Assembly (NCBI RefSeq): GCF_963676685.1
Contig: NC_092351.1
Span: 6,944,001 to 7,008,000, forward strand
Origin: Mytilus edulis
Taxonomy: Eukaryota
Length of the DNA: 64,000 nt
Reading direction: 5' to 3'
Shown: piece by piece, positions 29,001-44,000 of the stretch
How positions within the stretch are numbered: position 1 is the first letter of the stretch
Layout of the letters: each line of letters opens with the position of its first letter
Program-made: the position numbers and the translations under genes
Notes under the pieces: model-generated
What the model was told of the DNA's origin: nothing
The model's database searches: none
The model's input: the letters and a program-made list of their open reading frames with translations, nothing else

Positions 29001-32000
29001 GATAATCGGAAAAGTAGAATACTTCCTTTGCAGTTTTATACCATGAATTCAAGACACTTTTCTCTATCCTCCTGTGAACAGTAGGGATATCATTCGTCTA
29101 AACTTTCCGTAACAAATACATTATAAAAGAATGTTAATTATTAATAGATTTATGAACTTGTTTTGTCGCATTTATTGCATTCTCTACGTATCATTTGTTG
29201 CCTAATGTTTAACATATATAGTTTTCATGGTTCCATATGATATAAACAAGGGTAACAGTAAAATCAATAGACTAGACCACCTCATACAGTTAATGCAACA
29301 ATCCAACAGGGAAAGCTTCTTAGACAGTACAATAAAAAAGTTTATAGAAATATCATCTTACTTTAAAGATTGTATATATTTGATAGAGTCTTAATTTGAA
29401 TTGACATGATTCATTTGTCATCGTGCTATTACCGAGGAAGGATATCTGTTATCCGAAATATCTAACATATTGTTCGTTTTATTGTGTTTTTGGTGATGTT
29501 GTACCCTTTTAGACTTGTTATATATTATATTTTGTAGTGTACTGAATCATAATTATATGATTCATCGCCCCGTAATATTTATCGTTGACTATTTATTCAG
29601 TCATTTAATATATATAAGATGTGTAAATTGGCCTTCTTTACATTATTCTTTTGTCATTTGCACTTGCCAGTCTAAATTTGAAAGAACAAGCGAGAGGGTT
29701 AGCTTTAATCCACCATTTTCTACATTTGAAAATTCCTGTACCAAGTCAGGAATATGACAGTTCTTGTCCATTCGTTTTTGATGCGTTTTGTTATTTGATT
29801 TTGCCATGTGATTATGGACTTTCCGAATTGATTTTCCTTTAAATTCAGTATTTTCGTAATTTTACTTTTTAGTCAGTATATCTCCATATAGTTACCATAT
29901 GTTTCAGAAGCACTATAGACAATTGCATATTTTTCGAACAGTCTGTCATGGCCGTACGGATATACATCTATTATTTTATGAAAACGCTAAATGGAATACA
30001 CAATAATTAAGAATATATATGCAATATAATGAGGCTTGTGTTGTAATGAAAAAACGTCGTTTCAGTATGATTCTGTCATAGTTATTTGTCTTTAGATGAA
30101 TATAGCTGACAACTGTTTGTTTACTTCTAGAAGTTGGTTATTTATTTGTGTTAACTTACATCTATTTGTCTTGGTATAACTAAAAGACACTGAAAATAGC
30201 TGTATATTATAAAAAAGGGGGGTCTCCGCTCTGAAGATAAGAGGCGATTATTTTTTTTCTTTTTCAAAAATGGATTTTGGAGTAATAAAAAAAAATGCTA
30301 TAGATAGACAGTCAGTAAAAATTAATGATATATCTCAAAATAACTCGCTATAAAAATTAATATGCATAATTTTATGCATAATTGAATTCGAAGCGAGGAT
30401 ATTACATGTATTATGTTGGGTGGTAAATTTAGATACCACTTCAACATACCATAATTTTCATATTTCTTATGCAAGGATTACCGATCAAATTCAAATGTTG
30501 AGGGTTGGAAAATATCGTATTGGACACGGTTCATTGGATATTTTGACTACATGTATAGTAGACACATTCTTTGTTTCAATAATATGCAAAAGATTTGTTA
30601 TTAATTATATGACGTCCTCATGCATGCTAGTCATTTTTGGATTATTTCTGATGAAAAACTGACATCAAACAAATTACGTGTTAAAGATATTAAGAAATCC
30701 AACCGGTCGTGAAATCTAGCTGAGTTTTGAACAGCATCGAAATCCAAATACGTGAAAATACCTCAAACGTGTCGGCAAAAAGTCAGTTATTACGAAAAAA
30801 AACTCTATAAGAAGTGTTTAGCAAATCATGAATTTATTGATATCTACATATAAATGTCATACAACATAGATCATTATGTTGCAGTTAGTGAATAAGGATG
30901 ATTTGAACGAACTAAGAGTCAGATATTATCCCAAAAATAACACTTTCATTTTTCACATCGTGCCGCAGCATTGTTTAAAAAGCTTTTTTGCTGCATTACG
31001 AAATTCAATATCCATAAAAGCATAAATCAGCGGGTTTGATATATTGTTTATGATGAATGTTCGATACAACCAAATCACTATATTAACCTGTGAACTTGAT
31101 AGTTTTTCCCAGAAGTCTGGATAGAATCCTTCCAAGGTTAAAATAGTTGAAACAGGAATGAAGCATATAAGAAATACTGTTGTAACTATCATAAACATGA
31201 AAGAGAATTTGTTCATTAGACGTCTGCTCCGCTTCCGTTTCCGGTGTTTCTTCTTCGATGGTTTTGATAAAGTTGTTGAATAGGTTTTTGTAGTTGAAAG
31301 AGAGTCTGAAGATATGTCTGACATTGGGCACGTGATTTGAAGCGAATCAATAGATTGGTCGTCCGTCATAACTCCATTATCAACTGTTCGAAAGTCTACT
31401 GTCATCGATGTATTTTTAATCTTTTGAAATCTGACTAAGTCTACATCCGGGAACGCAATGTTCTGTAATCCTTTTGCCTTCATATTTTTGTCGGATATCA
31501 TATCGTGTAATGACGATTTTCTGACATGGCCTTTGTTAGTATCCCCAAATGTTTGGAACGTTAGATTGTTACCCGTCTCACTGTTTTCTGATTGTGCACG
31601 ATCCTCGTATGATTCCTCACTTTTGCTCGGTTTGGAATTTGTTGGCGTTGAATCTTTTGGATAATGTGCATGTGTATGTTTGAATTGGTGGGTTTTAAAG
31701 TGATGATAAATTGCGTATCCAATCTTCCCATATAAAAATATGAAAGATAAATACACAAGGAAAATAAACGAAGAAACGACAATTCCGTAAAGGGCGCCAA
31801 ATATTTTGTTACCGTATTTTAACTTACTACAGTGCGATGTAATCACATGTCCATTTTTTTTGAAATGTACAATTCCGTATGTTAAACAGAGCGGTATAGT
31901 AAAGCATACTGCACACACTAAACATATAAAAATCATAATGCGCCTACATCTTAAACTCAAAGTACGCTTCCGACATATTTTCAAGTATCTTTGAACTGCA

Positions 32001-35000
32001 ATGCAAAGCAATAAGAAAATAGACATATATGTTGTATTTCCCATGAAATAGTACACTATCTTACATAGAGCTACGTTTGTAAAGTTTTCTTGGTGGTAGT
32101 TCCAAACTATCCCAAGCGAGGAGCTGACAACGCATGCTATAAGATCTGCTAGTGCCAGTATTGGTATGAAATATCTCTCTTCGGATGCCTTGGTCAAATG
32201 AAATTTGTAAACTAGAATAACTATAGTGTTTCCAACTAGACCTATTATAATGTACAGCGACAGCGTCACAAAATCTGGAATCGTATCTCTTTGCCAATCG
32301 AAGATATCTGAGACAGGAATGGCTGTCGAATTATGTGACATGTTGAGTCGATATACGTATTTTAGCTATAATAAAGAAAGAGAATTAACATTTCATATAT
32401 AAACAACATGTTTCAACGATATGATAATTTTATAGGTGCCTATGGGAAAGTGTAAAAACAATTAATTGATACCAGGAAGTTGAATGTAACTAAATTAAAC
32501 AAGTGTTTCAATAATAGAGTATAAATCAAACCTAAATATGTTAAGAGTTCTACTCAAGAGTTTTAGCTTTGTCTGATACGTTCTATGATAATATTTAGAC
32601 TAATTACCCCTCATTATCCCTCTAAATACCTCTTATTTCCTGATACAATATGAGGCATAATATACGCTTTGTTTATTTTTTAAATATTTTTTAACAAACA
32701 GGAAAGAATACATAACTGAAATAGATAAAGTAAACGTCAACATTTGATGAAAGGTTTTCCGGCAATGAACGAGATTACTAGTACACCCTCTCGACTTCGC
32801 AAGTCCGTGACTGAATTTGAGTACCTCTGCCTTATTTATTGCCTAAATTTGACATATGATAAATTCATGCTGATTGTATTGTGCACTATTGTCTTTTCTT
32901 TCACAATCTGTCTGTTTTAACCCGTCCTGGACAGTGGTTTTCTTACTACAATAGAATAACAAGCAACTATTTCAATTTTATCAAATTTAAAAGGAGTATT
33001 GAGATGGAGAAAAACATACTATAATAATAATAATATCTTTATTTAAAGAGAGTAACTCATTTGGATTAAACCAATTTTCAATAAGGGTCTCTACATACAA
33101 TGTTCACAATATGAATCAAACATAATTAATCTACTATTACACACATGTAAACAATAGATGTATATAAAGTTTATATAACAACAACAACAAAAACACCTAT
33201 GGTATACATTGTGGTTTAACTTATAAATTTAACACTTTTAAAAATAAAATGACTTGTAAGTGTTTTTGAATGCAGATCTACATTTTGATTTTTTAATTTC
33301 ACTGGACAGTGAATTCCACAGTTTTGGATCACTAAAAGAAAAACTTGATTTGTATAATTCTGTATTTGATTTAGGGACAATAAAATTATCCTATGATGAA
33401 AGTCGAGTATTGTACGATTGTTTTCTACTTGTAGGCACAATAAGATTGGATAAATATTTTGGTGACAGTTGGTGTTTTGATTTATACATTAATAATGATT
33501 TGTGGTAAAATATTCTCTTAGTAACAGGAATAATTCCAGATTCCTTAAATAGTTCAAAATAAAATTGAGAATGGAAATGTGGAATGTGCCAAAGAGACAA
33601 CAACCCGGCCATAGAAAAAAAACAACAACAGAAGGTCACCAACAGGTCTTCAATGTAGCGAGAAATTCCAAAAGATGGTTTATGAATATCGTGTTCGTTT
33701 AAAATAATTTAAGCTGCCTTTTTTGCAATTTTTGTAAACTGTCAACTAAAAACTGAACAACAGTAATCCAAATGTGGAAGAATATACGCATTGTAAAATA
33801 AAATTCTTGCATTGTGATTCAAGTATTTCTTGATTCTTTTTAATAAAGCTAATGAATAATTAACTTTTTTTATTATATGATTAATTTGATAATACCAAAA
33901 AAAAAAGTAAAATCACAAAAATACTGAACTTAGAGGAAGATCAATTGGGAAAGTCCATAATCACATGGCAAAATCAAATAACAAAACGCATCAAAAACGA
34001 ATGGACAAAAACTGTCATATTCCTGAGTTGGTACAGGCATTTTCAAATGTAGAAAATGGTGGATTAAACCATTGATCATACCAATAGTGTAACATAGTGT
34101 ACTATAGTGTGACATAGTGTACTATAGTGTAACATAGTGTACTATATCGAAACATAGTCTACTATAGTGCATCTAGGGTCTGGAAAAATTCATATCAATG
34201 CTGTCCTGATAGACGAGGGATTTACAGAGGGTATCGAACTCGAAACTGTAATACTTATAAAGTGTAAAATAAAAAGGTCTGGAATGATGCAATTTTAAAC
34301 AATACCGTTGTATTATGTCAGATATGTAAGTAGTACAAAAAATTATGACGTCTAGGAAAGCTATTTTGAATTTTTGCTTTGGCGCCTTCGTCGACGTAAG
34401 GCGCCAAAGAAAAAAAAATATAGCCTTGATTGACGTCATTATTATTTTGACTTATATAGGAGTCTAAGGTACAATGCGATGGTGACGCTGAAGTTAAATT
34501 GTCATGCTATGCGATGGTCTACACCGAAATGAATTGGTCCATACGCGGATGTGCGATGTTCTATTTGACGCATTTTTGATAGTTTAAAATCTACAGATAT
34601 TCAATTATCATAAGAAGTAGATTTTCAAAATTAATAATGAGTACATTGATATAAATTTACATTTATTATTTTTATGGCTGTCCTTATCTACAGTTGTATA
34701 CTTAATGAGAAATCGTCCTTTTTGATATGTGGACATAATTCTGCTATTGGCATTTTATATAGGACTCTGACCCGTGATGGTACTCCGAACCGCGATAGTC
34801 ACGCTGTTGTGTGATTATTTGACGCTTAAGTACGATGGTGTCATTGTGACGCTATATTTCTTGTCGATGACTTCTCTGAAGTGCAACCAATTTCGTAAAT
34901 CATTATGTCAATGGTTTTTTTTTCATATTTGAATTTGTTGAAGAAATAAATGTTTTATTTTATGTAAACCATGGATAGTGTAACCTATTGATTTCAAGCA

Positions 35001-38000
35001 GTCATTGAATATCCAGTCCTCATTGACTATAGTTGTAGTGTATATTATACTTTAAAGATAGCAAACAGTTGTCATTCAACCGTTCAGAACTTTTTTTAAA
35101 GCAGTACTTCACATGTATTTACAATGATTAACATTGAAGTGAAAATAATTTAAGTTTGTCACAACGAAACAACTTGAGCGAAAAACGGATACGGCTCTTG
35201 TGAAAAATAACAATTGAATGTTTTGTATGCATTTAGCATCTTATGCAAAATCTAGCTCTCATAATAATTGAACATCTGTTAATTTTAAACTGGACATAAC
35301 GCGTCTTACAGACACACATCAGCGACAGGACCATCGTACATCAGCGAAATGATCAAAACCATCGCACTTCAATAGGGTTGTCATCGCACTTCAGCGTCCC
35401 AATCACACATGAGTCCTATATATACTAGTATACGGTGATTTCATTAAAATTGTACAGTATATACAATTATTGTCGAAATTTATCATGCTATAATAATTGT
35501 TGAATTCTTATAGAATTGAAAGGATTTGCAGAATAACATCATTTATATAATGTGTTGCATGTGCCTATGTGTGATTCGCCTATAAAAAATCAAACCCAGC
35601 TGACAACTTTAAAAAACGATATAAATAAAAATGTATATAAAACGCGGGGTATTGAGAGGGGACCTTTCATACATCTTTTTTCGTAATTCTATATAGCTGC
35701 ACACTTTTTTTGACAGATATCGATAGTACATCTTTAGTTAGAGTAATTGTGATCAACAATGTCACAGGAACCCTCACACCAAGTCAAGCATGCGCATTAA
35801 CTAGTTCACAGCCGGTGGGTACACAGGAATTACTAGTTCGTTCAGGTATGTTTAACACAAAGGTTTAAATATGTACATTATTAACGCGATATAATGGGAG
35901 AAGCTGATTCAGAATATCTTAGTTGTAAGCCCCACTACCACTAGACCACGATCGCACTACGCTCACCGCGTTCTTAAATTTATTCAGATCGTAGTGAGGT
36001 CGCGGTATGAGCGTCATGAAAATGTTAATTTTTGTTGTTTTCACGATGATACTACATGTACGTCCTCATTACGCTTCTACAACGATCCCGCTACGCTTTA
36101 AGCTAGGTTTACACTGCCGATCAGATCAACTCGATCAAACCCGATCAAGATAAACTAAGTGATCGGGAGACTGGTCTGATTCAATCGACAAAAATGTTCG
36201 GGATAGTCTACTTTACTCGTCATCGATCTGACTTTCTACCCGATAGTTTTTGACATGGCAAAAACAATCGAATAAGGACCAAAAAGCAAGCCACTCGAGA
36301 AGAGATCGAGAATTCGTCGAGTAGCGGTCGAATTGATCGGGTAAAGATCGTGTAGAGATCGAGTTTGGTCGGAATACAAACAAATACCGATCAGTACCCG
36401 ATCATTTCGACCTTTGCTCGACTAAAGTCCGATTATTTCCAGATTAACTCGACCAATGTCCGATCTCTTACAGATCACTTCGACTTCTATATTTATTTTA
36501 TCCCAGACCAACTCGACCAATACCCGATCCCTTCGCGACCACATTCGACCACTCTTCGATCTCTACTCTCCTATACACGAGAACACATGACTGTTACACG
36601 ATTCCCTAAAAGTGTGTGCAGATCTGATTAACTCTCATAACTCTGTCTACCCAAAAATATATTGGCAACATCATATTTAACTGTACAATACAAAAATTCC
36701 CCTATCTATATTACGTGTGTTTTCCTGTTTTGAATAGTTTTACACCAGTAATTTTGGGGCCCTTTATAGCTTGTTGTTCGGTGTAAGCCAAGGCTCCGTG
36801 TTGAAGGCCGTACATTGACAACGACGTAAGGGATGAATATCCTGCAATTTTGGCACCGGCGGATTTTTAAAATACGAAAGTAATTGAGCAATAACATTCA
36901 GTATTAGACTGTTGACGACTAAGTTATCTTTCGAAGTTGGTTTATAAGAACATCGATCAAGATTATATTTACCTGTTTTATGGGATATTTTCTGTTTTCT
37001 CTGTCCGTATTCCATTCTTACACTAGCGGTACAAACAGTTCAGCGTGCACATGTTTAGATAATTTGTTTCTAACATACTTTTGCAAAGTTTGCATAAACC
37101 TATTTTTACGCGTAATAAGTTCAAATAACTAAAATTGTGCATACCCGATTATTGCTACGACCCATATACGATCAGGTCGATCTGGTATGGTCAATATCAG
37201 ACTGAGATCGTTAAAAGGTGAATTTGGTCTAGCTAGTCGAGTAAAGATCGTATAAAGATCGTGAATGGATCGGAATTATCGAATAAGTATTCATTTTGTT
37301 GTCGGGATGGAGTCCTGATGGGGTCGTGAATTGTCGAGTAAAGGTCGTGTACAGTCGGATGGCGGTCGGGTTGAAGTCGTAAACAGGCCCGATCAAGATA
37401 TTGGTTGAGCTTGGTCGTGGAAATTTGGACAATCGGGTCCATCGAGTTGATCTGATCAGCAGTGTGAACCTAGCTTTAACCACGTTCTCACCACGCTCTT
37501 TCTACGATTATCACGATCTTACTACGCTCATCATGTTCCCACTACGACCATACCACGAGTTGTCGGATTGCAACACGATTTTACCACGCTTCTACTGCGA
37601 TTATAGCACGATCTTACCACGATTACAGGTGTAATACCACCAAATCATGGTACATCACATCCGGATGCATACGAAAGTAGGTCGAAAAAAATATTCCCTT
37701 GAATTTGACAGTTGTAGGTAATTAATCCTACATTTTATTGCAGTGAAAACATTTCTGTGTTATAAACATATGTCTTGGGTATTTCAAAACACCATTATTT
37801 TTTATTTGGGATTTCTATAGAAGATTTTGTAATCTTGAGGTTACATGGTGACTAAACCTTGTACACAGATAAAATAAGGGGAGACATTTGATTTGGTTAA
37901 CTTCCAATGATGGTTATTTTCTTATATGCAATGAAATGTTATGTGCATTTTTTTCTATAGAACTGGACAGGATAAAACTTTACTCATGCCAAGTATTTCT

Positions 38001-41000
38001 GTATTTGAAACAAAGATAAATTCTGCACATTTTTTTGAAAAGTGCAAATTTAACAAAGACTAATAGGGGGAAATCAATGGTGGTATTACACCTTAAACTA
38101 CGATCATACCGCGATCTCACTAAGTTCTTAGCAATAATGTCAACATCGTGTTCCTTATAAATACTGTTCCATTCCTTCTATTTCTGATTAATACGTATAT
38201 TTCTCAGAAACAACACAGTAGTGCCATCAACATCTACCAGAACACTTGGGCGTGGTGGTAGAGGAAGATGTTGAGGCTGAGGGAGCTCTGAAATTAACGA
38301 ATCCTGATCCAGCAGAGGTGTCGGACCGACTAATCAAACCTGAATCACAACCTATTGCTGGTACATCAAGCTCAAATGACGATGTTTTAGTAAATGATAG
38401 CAGGGATGACACAGATGTATCAAGCATGGTTGTGACGCCGTTAGAGAAAAAGGACAAGAGGTTCAAATTACAAACAAACAAACTAAACCTTGAGAGCTTT
38501 TATAAATTTTATGATGGTCGTAGTATAAACGTAGTCAGGGCGTAAGAAGAGCGTGATAAGGACAGAATGGGTGTGCTAGGATCGTACGATGGTATTGAAC
38601 AGCGTGGTACAAACGTGGTTTACTAGTAGTCGTAATTGAAGCGTAGTTGGTGGTGGTGAGAACGTGATGGTCGTAGTGAGGTCGTTATAACGTCGCTGTG
38701 AGATCGAAGCGCAGTCTCTCCGAATATAATCACGCTTTTGCTACGCTCTCGCTACAATGGTATTGCGACCTTTGCGATCTTACCACGACTTTACTGCGCT
38801 CTAATATAACTACACTTCTTTACGACCTGATTTCGCCACGACCGCACCACGATTGTTTTGAACATGTTCAAAGTTGGCCACGCTCATCACGATCACGAAG
38901 ACCTCACCACCACCGTACTACGACATTACTGCAATCTGCACGATCGCACTACGATTGTCAAAATTTTCATTTTTTTCACAGATCGTAGTGCGATCGTGGC
39001 CTAGTGGGACTGCGGTATAACAAAAAGGGTAATATTTTTTCTTGATTATAAAATTCAGTCTTTTTGGTAAAATGAGGCTCTACTGTTTAACTAAATTAAA
39101 AAAAAACACTGAAAAAGGAAAAGACGAAAGCAGCACTATATAAATCTCAAGCGTCCGAAGCGTATTTCTTTATTTCACCAGGAACGCTCAAAGCCAAAAG
39201 CCAAAGATGCATTAGAACCGAAACTTTTAAAGAACTATTTGACGAAGTCACTGACAGCTTGCTCATCCGATTTCTTGTTAATAATGTCTCGAATGTGAAC
39301 TTAATATAAAGTTAACACTAATCGTATTTTATTTATATATTAATAACACAGTTTAATAGCAAAGTATTTAATTTTAGATTCTGTCTCACCGTCAGCTATA
39401 AGCTGTCCAACATCTATCCAGTATTATTTAAGTGCCACCGTTCAGTCCAGTGGGTGTATTGAGAACTATATTGATGGGGCTGCTAAAGCTACACAGCATA
39501 CATACACATATGCATCATGTGTCACTTCAAAGTACACGTGTAAGTTATATGAGAGTGTGTCTGGGTGTTTATTAACTAACCCTTAATTCCAAAGTCTCTT
39601 CATCAACAGTATTATGCAGTAATGGATGTTTTGTTTTAATACGGATTATTGCTGTTTTATCCATACAAATATTTCAAATTTATGTGTAAAAGCACTTAAA
39701 TCGTATTCGACTTAAAGAGGTAAATCCGGAGTTTTATGGTTATTTTTTCACAGCGTGTTGGGAAGTTGTTGCAAACATATTTTTACGTTTATATTCCAAG
39801 TAATATCTTAGTTTTCTTTCCAAAACCATTAATTTATAAAATATAGTGTTTTCGATTTTACCAGGAGGAATGAAGTTAGAAATGTCAGAGCCCGGGATGT
39901 ATGATTACGTAACGAGCCAAATCACCGAAAAATAAAATAAAAAATCAAACACGATAACTCTATTAGGTCATCCTAATTCAAGTTACACAAATTTTTCATA
40001 AGTTCAGAATCAGACATAATAGTTTCCGAATTTTTGAATACACGAAGTTGACGATTGTTTGTTTCATCTTCTTTTCTTACTGCTACTAATTGTAAATAGT
40101 TACTTTGAAAATAATAACTTCACTCTTCACCCCCCCCCCCCCCCCCAAAAAAAAAAGACCAACAACAACAAAAATTTATTATATGAAGTTGGTACCCACA
40201 CAACGTCATTTTTGGATAACGATCATTAGAGATCTTGAGGTTAAAAGTTTGGAAAGCCAATAATGTTTTATGTTTTGAAATCAAAGAAGCCAAGAAAACA
40301 GCATTAACAAAATAGCCCCACATGTTCATGTAAACTCTGTTTGACGGACTTGTAACCTATATACTACTTTAAAGCACAACTGCACAACATTGTATGTATC
40401 GAAAATTTACAAACAAATATCATTCACAATATGCAGTGGCAAATATATCATGCTTATTCAGGAAAATTTGTCCTTAAATATGAGTTGTGTAAGCGATGTA
40501 TGCATTGAAATCATGATATTGGTTGTGTGTCTACCCTTAGTTGATTTAGTGGCCTATCATTCACCAAGAACACGGTTCATCTAATAGGCATTGCTACAAT
40601 GTATGATTCATATTGTGAATGATATTTGTTTGTCAATTACCTTTTCGTTGAGTTATGAAATATTTATTACTCTACGAAAAGGAAATGATGTAACTTTCAA
40701 AAGCTTTGCAAAATTTACAAAATACAAGGTATTAAATTTTGAAGATGAAATATGAAGCACAAAATAACATGGCAAAGGAACAATGCTTTAAATTGTTTAG
40801 TCAAACTTACAAGTTACTGAGGTTCAATTGAAATAATGGAATAGACGTAACTCACAGTAAGATTAAAACGCTGACGATATGTATAGATAATGTTGCCTTA
40901 TTTATTCATCGATAAATGCTATATATGACAACAAATGAAATAAGAAAGTCATAGTTTCAATAAGTTACAATTTTGAAATTTTTCTAATAGAATTTGTTAA

Positions 41001-44000
41001 CCTAAAAACATTAAATAAAAAAAGAAATACAAAACAGACAAGCAAAGGCTATTAACTGAACCCTTTGAAGAAAATTTAATAGAGAGAAAAGATGAAAAAT
41101 GATTTATCTAAATAAATATGCCTTTGCTAAAAATTATCATTGTTTTTATGCCCCACCTACGATAGTAGAGGGGCATTATGTTTTCTGGTCTGTGCGTCCG
41201 TTCGTCCGTCTGTCTGTCTGTCTGTCTGTCTTTCTGTCTGTCTGTTCGTCCGTCTGTCCCGCTTCAGGTTAAAGTTTTTGGTCAAGGTAGTTTTTGATGA
41301 AGTTGAAGTCCAATCAACTTGAAACTTAGTACACATGTTCCTTATGATATGATCTTTCTAATTTTAAAGCCAAATTAAACTTTTGACCCCAATTTCATGG
41401 TCCACTGAACATAGAAAATGACAGTGCATGTTTCAGATTAAAGTTTTTGGTCAAGGTAGTTTTTGATGAAGTTGAAGTCTAATCAACTTGAAACTTAGTA
41501 CACATATTCTCTATGATATTATCTTTCTAATTTTAATGCCTAATTATATTTTTTATCCAATTTCATGGTCCATTGAACATGGAAAATAATAGTGCGAATG
41601 GGGCATCCGTGTACTTTGGACACATTCTTGTTAATATATATATTTTTTTATAGCTGGTGGTAAATTTGATTGTATGTATTCAGTCACAGAAGAACCATAT
41701 ACTTATCTGACTGTATTTAACAATGATACAACGGTTGATGAATCTGCAACATTTAGATATTTATGCTATGCAAGTATACTTTTGTTTTACATCGAATCTA
41801 CAAAAAATGGCGATTAAATCTCACAAATGCATCAAAGTACTGTCAATAATTTATACTATTCCCTATATTTTTTCTGATAGTGTGCGAACATTTCATGTAA
41901 CAATTTTCACAATACTTGATTGTTAAGAACCAAATACAAACGTTACACTATACCACATAACTTTACAGTTTTCGGGATGACACCCGGCTAAAAAACATTA
42001 TTGCGGTGAACCATTTTTTGAACTAAAAAGTGAAAAAAGAAAACTCCATGGTTTAGTATTTCCGCTTCAGATCCTCCCCTGAAAAAAACCAAACAAAACA
42101 AGAAAAAAAAATTAACTTGTTCAAATCTAGAGGTTATAAACATGAATAATTATTATCTTTCTCTTACATGCATTCAAATTTAGAAAATTTTATAATAGGT
42201 AATTTGGAGTTATGGTCATGTTGTATACTATACATATCATCCCCAAATCTGTCAACCCCTGCAGACACCAATTCGGACGGCAACTGATGGAGTGACCGTT
42301 GTAGCTTCTAATAGTAAGTATGACATATTTAAAAATATAAATAAAAAATGAAATATTAAACATATGTTCTAGTATATCTTTTCACTATAGATTTTTTGGG
42401 GTATCTTCCTAAATTGGTTTTTAAGCATAAATAAAAGTAAAACTAACCAAAATGTGAATGATGTATATAAAAACAGACGAATACATTTTTTTCTTCTTCT
42501 AGATATGTCAAATGATGTTGGTAGCCAAATAGCTGTTGGCGTAATACTGAGTCTACTGCTGCTTGCCTTGATTGTGTTGACTATTGTTTTGTTAGTCCTT
42601 TTCCTGCTAGGACAAAGGCGTCAAAAAGCAGTCAGAATTATCGAAGAGAAAAAAGTTAGAAAAAGCAAATCAGAATCTAAATCAAAGTCTTCTGATGGAA
42701 AAGCAAAACATGATGAAAAGAAAAAACACAAGAAAACGAAAAAGAAGAAGACAGACAATGAGCAAAAAACGGATCAAAACCAGAATATGAATGTTTCTTT
42801 AAGACGAACAGAATCCATGAAAGAACAAGTGAGTAATGGTTTCACGATTCACACTTTTCTGTTTTCTGTAATCTCCTGGTTAATTTACAAGTACAGCGTT
42901 ACCACATTTTTTTATAATTTGACATGACGTTTAATGTTTATGCGTCTGCATACATGTATCAAGCAGTCAGTATTCTCTTTTGATTTTTTCCAATTTTTGG
43001 CATATGTCATGTATTATAGCTTACTAAAAAATGTACACAGTATGCGTTTTGCTCATTGTTAAAGGCCATACAATCTTCTATTATAAGTTATATAGTTTGC
43101 TTTAGGTCCACTACGGATCCATAGAGGATAAGTAAAATACATAGGGGATTACTCTATTTATCTGTAGGTATTCAGTAACGAACCGTTTACAAACATTATT
43201 GCATACATGACTTTTGCATAAAAAAAACCCAGTGAAATACAAAAACACAAACATACAACGCGCCGAACTAGGAGTACTCAAAATTACTGAAATCTATTTC
43301 AATCATAAACAATAATCAAACCATATTTTCCAGACAACAAATAGTATACAGTACGATTCGAAGGGATTTGGTGTACAAAAGTTATACTTGTAAACAGTAT
43401 TCGAAAAAAAATGACCTCGCGCAATATCAAAACATAAGTATCGACAGGAAGTATGCAGGATGTAAATGTTTTTACCTTTATACAACATTGGGATACTTAT
43501 AAAAACCAGCTCATTAAATGAACAGTGCTTTTGTTACATATATGTATTTCCATTGATAATTGAAATTATCCAAGAAAATAAAGAACATTAAAAAGTAAAA
43601 TCACAAACATACTGAACTTAGAGGAAAATCAATTCGGAAAGTCCATAATCACATAGCAAAATCAAATAACAAAACGTATCAAAAACGAATGGACAAGAAC
43701 TGACATATTCCTGACTTGGTACAGGCATTTTCAAATGTAGAAAATGGTGGATTAAACCTGGTTCTATAGCGCTAGACACAATAAATAAAATAGTCAAAAT
43801 ATGGGTACATCAGTCATCATCAGTCATCATAAAGTAAGACCAAGAGGTGTAATACGTCAACGTTTCTAACGGTATCCTTTTTACATGTACAACGTCTCGT
43901 TGTGTGAATCAGTTATGCATATGACATTGAATAATTTCATTATTTGACAGGCTAAAGAAAAAAAACTAAAATGGACAGATTTTGTTGGTATTAGTGGAAA

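Larger units (their letters stand above)
35929..39017. mobile_element. PIF/Harbinger-like non-autonomous element carrying two nested elements
   Basis: TIR CCACTAGACCACGATCGCACTACG / CGTAGTGCGATCGTGGCCTAGTGG, TAA-like flanks, CACGAT-rich subterminal repeats. Confidence 0.75.

Noticed and set aside
42454-42927. 157-aa ORF as a stand-alone gene
   Set aside because: It is host exon 8 (42503-42828) read through flanking intron; splice sites lie at both ends.
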